Assembly: GCA_038087875.1 (NCBI GenBank)
Contig: CM075991.1
Span: forward strand, 8,248,001 to 8,312,000
From: Malacoraja senta
Lineage: Eukaryota
Reading direction: 5' to 3'
DNA length: 64,000 nucleotides
Shown: positions 48,108 to 60,109 of the stretch, piece after piece
Layout: each line of letters begins with the position of its first letter
Numbering within the stretch: position 1 is the stretch's first letter
Position numbers and translations under genes: made by a program
The notes under the pieces: generated by a model
What the model was told of the DNA's origin: nothing
Seen by the model: only the letters and a program-made list of their open reading frames with translations
The model's database searches: none

Positions 48108-48574
48108 GTGCAAACATCCTCTCCACATCCACTCTATCCAGGCCTTTCACTATTCTGTACGTTTCAATGAGGTCCCCCCCCCCCCCCCTCGTTCTTCTAA
48201 ACTCCAGCGAGTACAGGCCCAGTGCCGTCAAACGCTCTGTCCGTCGGGGAATGTTACCGACTGCAGGAGTGCCCATTGAAGCTCGGTGCAGCCAACGCCA
48301 AGGCTCTGTGGGGGAGGACCACAGTCTAAGCCCCCTTCCGCAGCAGGACATGGGGGGCAGGGTATGGTGGATACGCCCCTCAAATGAGGAGAGAGATATC
48401 ACCCCAGGGATCCACAAGAGAGGCAAGGATGTCGGATGAAATTTGTAAACACTGCGTTCCTCCGAGAGTGTCGGAAGAATATTTATCACACTACCTGTTT
48501 TTTTAAAAACTCTGAATAAGGTTTATTTTTGAATTTTTGAAAAATACATCGGAAGGAATTGCAGATGCTGGTTT

Positions 48575-48950
48575 CAAGTCAAGTCAAGACAAGTTTTTTT
48601 TGTCACGTGCACATAAAGGGCAGTGAAATGAATTTGCCAGCAGCGGTACAATAATAAAGAACACACAATACACAATAAAAAATGTAACACAGACATCCCC
48701 CACAGCATTCATCACTGTGATGGAAGGCACAATGTTTGGCCAGTCCTCCTCCATTTTCCCACATCGGGACCACAAACCTCTGCAGTCGCCGCTGCTGCGG
48801 GCGTCCAGATGTGCAGACAAGGTAAGTCCAGGTAAGTCCTGAATCGGTGCCTCCCCTCCGGAGACCACGGCTTCAAGATGGTGTAGGCCGCAGGCCGACG
48901 ATCGAAGATCTAAAGTCCCCTGCTGTGCCGCAGCCAGAAGCACTGCAGGC
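48575..48950 (-). mobile_element. Non-coding retroposon with a GC-rich head and a Rex1-like (ACTTG)n tail
   Basis: Shares TGCCT(T)CCATCA..GTGA...CTGTGG.GGATGT and the tail layout with 29476-29816. Confidence 0.55.
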
Positions 48951-49449
48951 TCCAGAGAGCTTTATTTAACTCTACCCATTTTTTACACCAAAGTGCAAAT
49001 CAATGTTTTAATTGTTCTCTTGATGCACTAATTCTAAACTCATGCTGAAGTGTGGAGAAAGGTGCAGGTTTTAACTACCAGTCAGTGGTCAGTCAGATGT
49101 AGATGCAAGGAACCGCAGTCCTCCAAAAAAAGACACAAAGTGCTGGAGTAACCGGTTTTGTAGGTTGTGTGCGGGAAGGAACTGCAGATGCTGGTTTACA
49201 TCGAAGATAGACACAAAATGCTGGAGTAACTCAGCGGGACAGGCTGCATCTCTGGAGAGGAGGAATGGGTGACGTTTCGGGTCGAGACCCTTCTTCAGAC
49301 AGTCTCGACCCGAAACGCCACCCATTCCTTCTCTCCAGAGATGCTGCCAGACCCGCTGAGTTACTCCAGCGTTTTGTGTTTCAAAAAGTGTCGCTGTGCT
49401 GAGGGTGTGAACCTCCTCCCGACCTCTGACGCCACCCACTGCAGACGTT

Positions 49450-49735
49450 TTTTTTAAACCAAAAATAAAAATGTAATCAATTATTTCCAAGCATAATATG
49501 TACAAGACAAAACACAACCAACAACCCCACCACCACGGTACAACGCAGAATAAATATTCTTAAATGTCAAATATGCTGAGTATTAAACAACTATTTCACA
49601 TTCCACCCCCCGCGATCCCGGAAATCCCCCAGGGCGCCTGTGGACAGCGCGTAGTCCCTCTCCAGCACCACCCGGGCGCGGACGTAACCCCGGGAAAGGG
49701 GCGCACTGCAGCGTGGGGTCACCGCGGACTGGGGT
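49450..49735 (-). mobile_element. L1/Tx1-type ORF2 C-terminus and 3' UTR
   Basis: PLSRGYVRARVVLERDYALSTGALGDFRDR, followed by a T-rich UTR and an A-tail. Confidence 0.7.
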
Positions 49736-50194
49736 CGTGTGGCAGTGACCAGCATTGAGCACTGCGCCGTCACTTGGTCAGTACAGGCATCAGGGGTTAA
49801 GGGGAGGAGGCAGGAGAATGGGGTTAGGAGAGGTAGATCAGCCACGATTGAATGGCGGGGTAGACTAGATGGGCCGAATGGCCTAATTCTACACACGCTG
49901 GGGTTGAACTCGAGGTATGGATTCGGTCCAGCCATAAAGAACCTGGTTCAATGGTTCAACGATACTTTATTGGCAAATATTCCTCGGTACAGTGAAGTTC
50001 TTTGTTTTTGTATACAACTCGGTAAAATCATATAGCAGACCTGGGCCTGGCAGTAGAGCTACTGCCTTCCAGCGCCAGAGACCCGGGATCGATCCCGACT
50101 ACGGGTGCTTGTCTGCACGTGATATTGTACGTTCTCCCCATGACCTGCATGTTTTTTTTTCCAGGTGCTCCGGTTTCCTCCCGCACTGTTAAGT

Positions 50195-50568
50195 GTTCAG
50201 ATTGTTAAGGGTTTGGACACGCACGAGGCACGAAACATGTTCCCGATGTTGGGGAGTCCAGAACCAGGGGCCACAGTTTAAGAATAAGGAGTAAGCCATT
50301 TAGAACGGAGATGAGGAAACACATTTTCTCACAGAGAGTGGTGAGTCTGTGGAATACTCTGCCTCAGAGGGCGGTGGAGGCAGGTTCTCCGGATGCTTTC
50401 AAGAGAGAGCTAGATAGGGCTCTTAAAAATAGCGGAGTCAGGGGATTTGGGGAGAAGGCAGGAATGGGTTACTGATTGGGGATGATCAGCCATGATCACA
50501 TTGAATGGCGGTGCTGGCTCGAAGGGCTGAATGGCCTACTCCTGCACCTATTGTCTATTGTCTATTGT
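50195..50568 (+). mobile_element. CR1 3' fragment inserted in a V-SINE (50050-50730)
   Basis: CR1 motifs and a (CTATTGT)n tail; the SINE core resumes at CTCCAAAGACGTACAGG. Confidence 0.85.
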
Positions 50569-51334
50569 CGCTCCAAAGACGTACAGGTTTATAGGTTAAT
50601 TGGCTTTGGTATAAATGTAAAAATGTCCCTAGTGTGTTGTAGGTAGTGTTAGTGTGCGGGGATCGCTGGTCGGCACGGACTCGGTGGGCCGAAGGGCCTG
50701 TTTCCGCACTGTATCTCTAAACTAAGCTAAGCCTCACCTCGGCAGTACACAAATCGTCGCCACCTTTCTGGGGACGACAAAGTTACAAAAAGTTCATCGA
50801 CCGGCTTTAACTTCCGCTGACAGCGGCGAGCGAACCAGGCCTGACGCTGCACGTGGCATTAACTCCAGCATTGAACTCACGTTCATAACCTGCCGGAGTA
50901 CAATTAGACCATTCGGCCCATCGGGTCTACTCCGCCATTCAATCATGGCTGATTTACCTTTCCCTCCCAACCCCATGCTCCTGCCTTCTCCCTGCAAACC
51001 TTTGAAGCCCTTCCTAATCAAGAACTTGGCTTCCACAGCCAAAGATCAGTATGTACTGATCAGTAATCAGTACTAATGATCAGTCTGGACTTGATGGGCT
51101 GAAGGGCCTGGTTCTGTGCTACGTAAAACTTGGATTTATCAGTTGCAAGGTTTAGAACAAAGAAAATGGTGCTTGTATCGGGGACCTGATTCTCAGTATA
51201 TCTTTCTCTGCTCCCCAGCTAACATTAGAGTTAGTTGTTGAGTATTATCTGTCTCTGTCTCGACTGGGTTTATGCTGAAGAACAGTAGCAAGGCTTGGGT
51301 CAATATTTAGTCCTCAATCAACGTCAATGAAATA

Positions 51335-51695
51335 GTTGGGCAACGTACACCCCAGTATGAATAGCGATTTCTCTAATGTCGAGTAACCCTTGCATTCCCT
51401 CTCTCTCCGTCTCTCCCCCACCACAGTCACCCTGCTAGTTTCCCCGGTTCACATCTATATGATCCCTTCGTAATCACCTCTTCCACTGCCAACAACGGAC
51501 CATTGTGGGCTCCACCTTTCCTTGGTCATCGGTGCCGGCTCTGATCTGTTCTGACCCGTTTCATATCTCTAGTTTCCCTCTCCCCTGACGCTCAGTCTGA
51601 AGAAGGGTCTCACCCGGGGATGCTGCCTGACCTGCTGAGCTACTCCTGCATTTTGTGTCTATCTTCGGTGTAAACCAGCGTACGCAGTTCCTGTA
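51335..51695 (+). mobile_element. Penelope 3' end (last ORF codons plus pLTR)
   Basis: ATGAATAGCGATTTCTCTAAT..TAACCCTTGC matches the ORF end at 58172, then CAGTCTGAAGAAGGGTCTC follows. Confidence 0.75.
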
Positions 51696-51735
51696 AGATT
51701 GGATCTGCTCACATTGCTCTGCATTTTCTTTCCCA

Positions 51736-52352
51736 GGGCGGTACGGTGCGCAGCGGTAGAGTTGCTGCCTTACAGCGCCAGAGACCCGGGTTCGATCCTG
51801 ACTACGGGTGCCGTCTGTACGGAGTTTGTACCTTCTCCCCGTGACTGCATGGATTTTCTCCGGGTGCTCCGGTTTTCTCCCACACTCCACAGACGTACAG
51901 ATTTGTAGACAATTTGGCTTGGTACAGTTGTTATTTGTCCCTAGTGTGCGTAGGATAGTGTTAGTTTAGTTTAGATTAGTTTAGAGATACAAGGCAGAAA
52001 CAGGCCCTTCTGCCCACTGAGTCCACGTTGACCAGCTATCTCCGCACATTAACATTATCCTACACCAGGGACAATTTACACTTATACCAAAGCCAATTAA
52101 CCTACAAACCCGCACGTCTTTTGGAGTGTGGGAGGACACCGAAGATCTCGTAGAAAACCCACGCAGGTCACGGGGAGAAGGTACAAACTCCGTACAGTCA
52201 GCGCCCGTAGTCGGGATCGAACCCGTGTCTCTGGCTCTGTAAGGCAGCAACTCTACCGCTGCGCCACCGTGCCGCCCAAAGTGTGCGGGGATCGGTGGTC
52301 GGCGCGGACTTGGTGGGCCGATGGGGCCTGTTTCCGCACTGTGTCTCTAAAC
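51736..52352. mobile_element. Plus-strand V-SINE interrupted by an antiparallel V-SINE (~51963-52277)
   Basis: The host tail resumes at GTGTGCGGGGATCGG (~52281). Confidence 0.85.
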
Positions 52353-52659
52353 CGAGCGTCCTTGCGGCATGAATTCAGTTTTCTCCACATGCCAGGAAAG
52401 CGGCGATGTTTATTTTCAGCTTGCCGCTGCATTATGAAGTGGGGAAGATCGGCCAGGCTTCCTGCACTATCCAGTGACTCGTGCCAGGAAGTGCATATGT
52501 GTGGTTGTCAAAAAACCTGCTCACATCAACCGCTGACAGTCAAGGCAGGAAACGTTGCCATTTAACAGATGGCTGGCCATGGTTCCCGTAACCCTGGCAA
52601 CAGACGGGAGGAAAAAATCAGGACCTCCGGGGGCAGACGACGCGGGTTTAGATTTTCGT

Positions 52660-52968
52660 TCAGAGATACAGCGTGGAAACAGGCCCTTCGGCCCGCCGGG
52701 TCCATGCCGTCCAGCGATCCTCGCACGCTAACACAATCCTACACACACCAGCGATCATTTACATTTATACCAAGCCAATTAACCTGCAAACCTGCACGTC
52801 TCCGGATGAGCGGGAGGAAACCGAAGATCTCGGTTGAAAACCAAGGCAGGTCACGGGGAGAGGGTACAAACTCCGTGCAGACAGCAGCACCCGTAGTCGG
52901 GATCGAACCCGGGTCTCTGGCGCTGTAAGGCAGCAACTCAACGACTCTAACGCTGCGCCACCATGCCA
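52660..52968 (-). mobile_element. HE1-like V-SINE
   Basis: Head, core and tail motifs. Confidence 0.85.
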
Positions 52969-53187
52969 CAAGGTACAGGAGCCTGAGAACCGTGACCTCC
53001 ATCTTTAAGAACAGCTTCTTGCCATCAACCATCAGTCCGATGAACCACCCTGCACAAGCCTAACCACAGCCCAACCTCAGCACCAAACCAATACAGACTT
53101 TGCCTGCCTGGGTTCTGCTGCGTACTCTGATTTTGCACTGTTGTGGTCTGGTTTACTGGAATAACAGATAATCTATTGTATTTGTCT

Positions 53188-53665
53188 CAGAGTGATACAG
53201 TGTGGAAACAGGCCCTTCAGCCCAACTTGCCCACACCGGCCAACTTGTCCCAGCTACACTAGTCCCACCTGCCCGCGTTTGGTCCAATTCCCTCCAAACC
53301 TGTCCTATCCATGTAACTGTCTAGCTGTTTCTTAAATGTTGGGATAGTCCCTGCATCAACTACCTCCTCTGGCAGCTCGTTCCATACACCCACCACCCTT
53401 TGTGTGGAAAAAGTTACCCCTCAGATTCCTATTCAATCTTTTCCCCCTCACCTTAAACCTATGTTCTCTAGTCTTCGATTCACCAACTCTGGGCAAGAGA
53501 CTCTATGCGTCTTCCCGATCTATTCCTCTCATAATCTTATACACTTCTATGAGGTTTTCCCAATCATCCCCCTGCGCTCCAGAGAAGAGTCCCAACCTGC
53601 TCAACCTCTCCCTATAGCTCAGGCCCTCTAGCCTTGGCAACATCCTTGTAAGTCTTTTCTCTACC
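53188..53665 (-). mobile_element. CR1 3' fragment, second subfamily
   Basis: RMLPRLEGLSYRERLSRLGLFS...NLIEVYKIMRGIDR. Confidence 0.85.
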
Positions 53666-54364
53666 CTTGTGTCGGTGGCAATTTCTTCATTTGGATTGAA
53701 CGAATCTCTCCCTTCATCAAGGCCTGAAGACTGCAACATCCAGGTTCAGAAACAGCTTCTTCCCCACAGCCACCAGGCTAATGAACTCAACTCAAAAAAA
53801 ACTCTGAACATTAATAGCCCAATATCTGTTTATTTGCACTTTATCTGTTTTATTTATTCATGTGTGTATACATTTATATAATGGTATATGGACACACTGA
53901 TCTGCTCTGTATTCATGTCTACTATGTTCTGTTGTGCTGAAGCAAAGCAAGAATTTCATTGTCCTATCTGGGACACATGACAATAAACTCTCTTGAGTAT
54001 CTTGGTCCTTGGCTTCAAGGATTCGTCTTCCCGATCTATTCCTCTCAAGATATTATACACCCCTGTCAGATCACCCCTCATCCTCCTGCGCTCCGTGGAA
54101 TAGAGTCCTAGCCTGCTCAACCTCTTGCCTGTAGCTCAGACCTGAACCGCTGAGTTAGTTACCCCAATACTCCAGTCCTGGCAACATCCCCGCAAATCTT
54201 CTCTGTCCCCCTACTCTCCAGCTTGACGACATCTGGACTTTATGTTTACGAAGGAACCGCAGATGCTGGAAAAGCGAAGGTAGACAAAAGTGCTGGAGAA
54301 ACTCAGCGGGTGCGGCAGCATCGGTGGAGCGAAGGAAATAGGCAACGTTTCGGCACGAAACCCG

Positions 54365-54615
54365 GAAGGGTTTCGGCCCGAAACGTTGCCTATTTCCTCC
54401 AGTCTGAAGAAGGGTTTCGGCCCGAAATGTTGCCTATTTCCTCCAGTCTGAAGAAGGGTTCGGCCCAAAATGTTGCCTATTTCCTCCAGTCTGAAGAAGG
54501 GTTTCGGCCCGAAACGTTGCCTATTTCCTCCAGTCTGAAGAAGGGTTCGGCCCGAAACGTTGCCTATTTCCTCCAGTCTGAAGAAGGGTTTCGGCCCGAA
54601 ACGTTGCTATTTCCT
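54365..54615 (+). repeat. Tandem array of five full and one partial 43-44-nt hammerhead-core units within a Penelope pLTR
   Basis: Unit CAGTCTGAAGAAGGGTTTCGGCCCGAAACGTTGCCTATTTCCTC begins at 54400, 54444, 54487, 54531 and 54574. Confidence 0.9.
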
Positions 54616-57107
54616 TCGCTCCATAGATGCTGCTGCACCCGCTGAGTTTCCCCCAGCACTTTTGTCTACCTCTTGACCCTTTTTTGTGTCTAATGAGTGC
54701 CCGTAAAGTTACAGCAAGTAATAATTTCATTGTTCCGGTTCATCTCAGCTCCACTTGTAACCAATAAACACTCTGGAACTCTTGACTAAATCAGGATGGT
54801 GTTCGGTTAAGTGGACAATGACTGCCCCATTCCTCCGCTATTCCCCCATAACTTAGACAATAGACAATAGGTGCAGGAGTAGGCCATTCGGCCCTCCGAG
54901 CCAGCACCAACTTATTCGATCTCACGTACAAATGAACGCTCCCCACCTCTGATTTTTTTTGCCCCCCCCCCCGCCTGCACCAGGGGCAAATGCACGCCTC
55001 GTTGTCACCTTCCCCTCAGCTAACAATGAACCATTCTACATTTCTTTGATCATCGTCCCCTTTGATCTGTGTTTTCACACCATACCCCTTCCATCTCTCT
55101 TTGCCTCCCTCTCCCCTGACTCTCAGTCCGAAGAAGGGTCTCGTCCCGAAACGCCACCCATTCCCACCTGGTCCCCAGAGATTCCTCACGAAACCAGGCC
55201 CTTCAGCCCATCGAGTCCAGACTGATCGTTCGTACTGATCACTGATCAGGGGGTATGGAGAGAAGGCAGGTACAGGATACTGAGTTGGATGATCAGCCAT
55301 TATCACATTGAATGGCGGTGCAGGCTCGAAGGGCCGAATGGCCTACTCCTGCACCTATTTTCTATGTTTCTATGTTTCTATGTTTCTATGATCAGTACAT
55401 ACTTACTATTTAAGAAAGAACTGCAGATGCCGTGAAAAATCGAAAGGTAGACAAAAATGCTGGAGAAACTCAGCGGGTGAGGCAGCATCTATGGAGCGAA
55501 GGAAATAGGCGACGTTTCGGGTTGAGACCCTTCTTCAGACTGATTACTTGTCTATCGCTAAGTAATAGTTCATTTGAAGAAACGGACCAACATTCTCAGA
55601 GCTGAGAATGAGAGGGGAAATTGGAGACACCTCACGACCACTGAGGAGGTCCAAGCAGAGTTAAATGTCTCCAAATGCTTTTGAAATAGTAAAGTGTAGT
55701 CACTGCCGAAATGTAGGGAGTGTGGCAGCCAATATACATGTAATTAAGTGACCACATAACGTATTCCTTCGCTCCATAGATGCTGCCTCACCCACTGAGT
55801 TTCTCCAGCATTTTTGTCTACCTTCAGTACATACTTACTGATCACTGATCTTTGCCACAGCTGGCTGTGGAAGACACGTTTTGGGGTATTTTTAATGTAG
55901 AGATTGATAGGTTCTTGATTAGGAAGGGCTTCAAAGGTTTGCGGGGAGAAGGGAGGAGAACGGGGCTGGGAGGGAAAGATAGATCAGCCATGATTGAATG
56001 GCGGAGTAGACTCGATGGGCCAAATGGCCAAATTGTTCTCCGTGAAGTTATGAACGTGAGTTCAATGCCGGAGTTAATGCAGGCCTGGTTCGCCGCTGTC
56101 AGCAGAAGATGAAGCCGGTCGATGAACTTTTTTTTACCTTTGTCGACCCCAGAAATGTGGCAACGTCTTGTGTACTGCCGAGGTGAGGCTTAGTTTAGTT
56201 TAGAGGAAGCAGGCCCTTCGGCCCACCCAGCCCGTACCGACCTGCGATTCCCCACACATTAACACCACCTACAACACACTAGGGACAATTTACTCCGGCA
56301 TTTTGTGTCCATCTTCGGTGTAAACCAGCATCTGCAGTTCCTTCGCACACACGCAAAAAAACCCGGTGTCGGATGTGATGCCCTCCCAGGGACATAAACA
56401 GTTAGACGCGCACAAAACCAGAAAGGACACAACAGCCCCTCTATCACGAGCACTGAACGTTGAGCTAAAAAAGTCCGCATTTTTCAGAAGAAAGGGAAAT
56501 ATTTGGTGGTGGGCGGGCGGCTGCAAGGGAGAACTTGATATTTAAAAATAAAGGTTCAACTTGAAATCTCTGAATTGTAAGCTGGAGGAAGCCAAGATAA
56601 AGAAGGCTCGGAAATGTGGCCGGCTGCATTGCTATTTCCACAAGAATGTCTGTCCAAATCTCTCTGCAACCAGCCTGTCAATGAGGCACATTTAATCTTT
56701 GCAATTAATATGGTAAAGAATTCTGACTCCCTGTTTAGGCATTAGGCTGTAAATATTTCCCGGGAGTGATTTCAGCATCTTTAGTAGGCGCGGTGTCAGA
56801 AGTCGCCGTGACAAGTAAATTGCGCTCTTTGTACGACTGACACGGGATCTTGGGTCTTGAAGAGCGAAGGAATGCAGCTGCTTCTCTGCCCCCTAATGAA
56901 CCCTCTGTCTCCGGCATCCAGGGAGGCTAATTAAACATAATGGCAATGGGCCGCGTGCATTTGCATCTGCTTAGCTCTGCTCGCTAACTCACCTCGCAGT
57001 GCCTGGTGAGGGGGGAAGCAAAGACACTTGCCATCGCTGTTTCCGCGCTGTATCTCTGAACGAAAATCTAAACCCGCATCGTCTGCCCCTGGAGGTCCTG
57101 ACACAAC

Positions 57108-57210
57108 GCTGGAGGGACTCAGAGGGACGGGCAGCATCTCTGGAGGGACTCAGCGGGACGGGCAGCATCTCTGGAGGGACTCAGCGGGACGGGCAGCATC
57201 TCTGGAGGGA
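57108..57210 (+). repeat. Three 31-nt tandem copies of a pLTR segment
   Basis: CTGGAGGGACTCAGCGGGACGGGCAGCATCT three times. Confidence 0.85.
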
Positions 57211-57437
57211 AGGAACGGGCGACGTTTCGGCTCGGTCTGAGAGTCGGGGGAGAGGTAGACACAGAGATAAGGAAGGGTAAGGCGTGAAAACGACAGATCA
57301 AAGCGGACGATGCTCAAGGAAAGGTAGAATGGTTCATTGCTGGGTTGGGGAGATGGTGACCACGAGGCACACCATCAGAAAAATGAATCAGGAGGACAGT
57401 GAAATTAGTTGGAGAACGAGGAGGGGGAGGGACGGAG

Positions 57438-58135
57438 AGTCAAGTCAAGAGAGGTTATTGTCATGTGTCCCAGATAGGACAATGAAATTCTTGCTTTGCT
57501 TCAGCACAACAGAATATAGTAGACATGAATACAGAACAGATCAGTGTGTCCATATACCATTGAATATATATACACACACATATATAAATAAACAGATAAA
57601 GTGCATTGGGCTATTAAAGTTCAGAGTTTTGTTTGAGTTGAGTTTAATAGCCTGATGGCTGTGGGGAAGCAGCTATTCCTGAACCTGGATGTTGCAGATT
57701 TCAGGCTCCTGTACCTTCTACCTGAAGGTAGCGGGGAGATGAGTGAGTGGCCAGGATGGTGTGGGTCCTTGATGATACTGCCAGCCTTTTTGAGGCAGCG
57801 CCTGTGATAGATCCCCTCGATGGTGGGGAGGTCAGAGCCGATGATGGACTGGGCAGTGGTTACAACTTTTTGCAGCCTTTTCCGCTCCTGGACGCTCAGG
57901 TTACCGAACCAAGCCACGATGCAACCGGTCAGCATGCTCTCTACTGTGCACCTGTATAAGTTCGAGAGAGTCCTCCTTGACAAACCGACTCTCCGTAATC
58001 TTCCCTGGAAGTAGAGGCGCTGATGTGCTTTCTTTATGATTGCATCAATGTTCTGGGACCAGGAGAGATCTTCGGAAATATGCGCGCCCAGGAATTTGAA
58101 GCTCTTGACCTTCCACCATCGACCCGTTAATATAA
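57438..58135 (-). mobile_element. Rex1/Babar LINE 3' part
   Basis: ORF 57621-57983 is nearly identical to the corresponding part of the 34663-35559 ORF. Confidence 0.92.
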
Positions 58136-58144
58136 GTCTCTCGA

Positions 58145-58420
58145 CCCATTGAGAGAGAGGGAAAGCAAGGGTTACTTGAAGTTAGAGAAATCAATATTCA
58201 TACCGCTGGGGTGGAAACTGCCCATGAGGTGCAGAAATATGAGGTGCTGTTCCTCCAATTTGCACTGGGCCTCACTCTGACAACGGAGGAGGCCCAGAAC
58301 AGAAAGGGCAGTGTGGGAATGGGAGCGGCAATTAAAGTGTTTAGCAACCGGGAGATTGTGTAGGAACGAGCGGCGGTGTTCAGCGAAACGATGGCCGACC
58401 CTGCGCTTGTTCTCGCCAAG
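58145..58420 (-). mobile_element. Penelope GIY-YIG C-terminal fragment (second subfamily)
   Basis: GENKRRVGHRFAEHRRS..PVAKHFN..LSVLGLL..KLEEQHLIF..MNIDFSNFK. Confidence 0.85.
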
Positions 58421-59183
58421 GTTTTGGGGAGAAGGCAGGAGAATGGGGTTTGGAGGGAGAGATAGATCAGCCATGAAAGGACCGAAAGTCTGAAGAAGTG
58501 TCTCGACCCCATTCCTTCTATCCAAAGATGCTGCCTGTCCCGCTGAGTCACTCCAGTACTTTGTGTCTGTCTCCGTTTTAAAGCAGCATCTGCAGTTCCT
58601 CCCAGCACACTCTGTATTCCTCCCATAGTTGAACACCAGATGCCTGTCAGCTTTCCTCCAACATTTGAATAACCTTCATGAATAACTCAGGATTCGCCAC
58701 ATAGATGAATAGTTCACCACACAAGGAACGGGTCTCAAAACGTCGCCCATTCCTTCTCTCCAGAGATGCTGCCTGCCCCTCCTGAATTACCCCAGCATTT
58801 TGCATATCTTATTCCTAATCATACTTTATTAGCCAAGTATGTTTTGCAACATACGAGGAATTTGATTTGCCATACACTCATACCAATAAAAAGCAACAGA
58901 ACACACAAAATATATTTTAACATGCAAAAAAAAAATGGAGTTCCTCTTGAGTTTAGCCAGTTCCAGTATGTCCTTTGGTTTACTGCTCTCTCGTTCACCT
59001 ACTGACCAGTCAACCCCAATATTCCTATGTCACAGGACAGCCTTGGGCTGCAGCTAATCACACACATCCTCTCTGTTCTTTCTACCCATGTCCTCTGTGT
59101 AACTCGAAACAAGAGGCAAGATTGTTTCATTGTCATCTGTTCCAACAAAGAAACAATGAAACTCCTGCTTGCCGCAGAGTAAA

Positions 59184-59723
59184 AGGCCTGTCTCACGAGT
59201 CTGCGGTCATTGGCGGCGAAACAGGAAGAATCTACCGCTCCTGGGCCGCCATAGACCGCGCACTCGGTCAAACGCACAATTCCGGGGCCGTGCGGCGTTG
59301 TTCCCAACACTGCACGGTGCTAAAATAAAACCAACACTGTTCAAAAATATGTTCCTACCGCACAGCTGCCGCCAGTGTGGCACGAGAGCCGTGCGTCGAA
59401 CTTGCACCGCCACAGCCTCCGCCAGTGAGGCACGCGATCAGCACGGCCGTCGCCACAGCCTCCGCCAGTGAGGCACGCGATCAGCACGACCGCAGCCACA
59501 GCCCCGCAGATCCGAAATGACGTAATTGCAGTCGGCCAACCCTTTTTTTTTACTTACCGCAAGCTCGTGGGACCAGCCGTACTTAAATCACTCGGCCCCC
59601 GCGCAGCACCCGTGCGGCGCTCCCGTGGCATAGGCTCGGCGCTCTCGCCGTTGCCGTGCGGTCCCCTCTACAGGCGAAGCCGCGCTTCACCGCCGATGAC
59701 CGCAACACCGTGAAACAGAGCCT
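59184..59723. mobile_element. GC-rich MITE with Harbinger-like TIRs (subtype E)
   Basis: AGGCCTGTCTCACGAGTCTGCGGTCATTGGCGGCGAA pairs with TTCACCGCCGATGACCGCAACACCGTGAAACAGAGCCT; internal tandem duplication of ~42 nt. Confidence 0.75.
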
Positions 59724-59726
59724 GAA

Positions 59727-60105
59727 TGCCCCTGTCCCACTTAGGCGATTTTTTAGGCGACTACAGGCGACCAGGCTGTCGCCTGTATGGTCGTGAGTCG
59801 TCTCACCAGTGGCCCAAAGAATCGTAGCGTTTATCTGGTTGCTGCTGGATTTTGAAATGTTCAAAACTTTTCGGCGCCAATTGGCTTGTCGTAGGTTGTC
59901 GCCAGGCGACGTAGGTTGTCGCTGGTGCTGACTTCGGTGAATTCCATTGGCGACTACCTACGTCAAACTACGTCAACCGGTGACAGGTACCGGCGACTGA
60001 TTTGTCTTCAGTTGTCCCCGACAGGGTCCTACCTTGCCGTAGCTTGTCGCGGGTGGACGTAGGTGTGGTCGTAGGTGGACGTCCTAATGGGTCGCCGGTT
60101 GTCGG
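59727..60105. mobile_element. Subtype B MITE in reverse orientation, with one end lost
   Basis: Starts GCCCCTGTCCCACTTAGGCGA and is the reverse complement of the 25440-25744 interior. Confidence 0.75.
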
Positions 60106-60109
60106 TCGC

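Noticed and set aside
51736..51810. tRNA genes suggested by A/B-box motifs (also 46371, 38718 and others)
   Set aside because: These are SINE heads that continue into a V-domain core and LINE tail; they lack a proper cloverleaf end
54365..54615. CRISPR-like regular repeats
   Set aside because: The units abut with no unique spacers, there are no cas genes, and the context is eukaryotic
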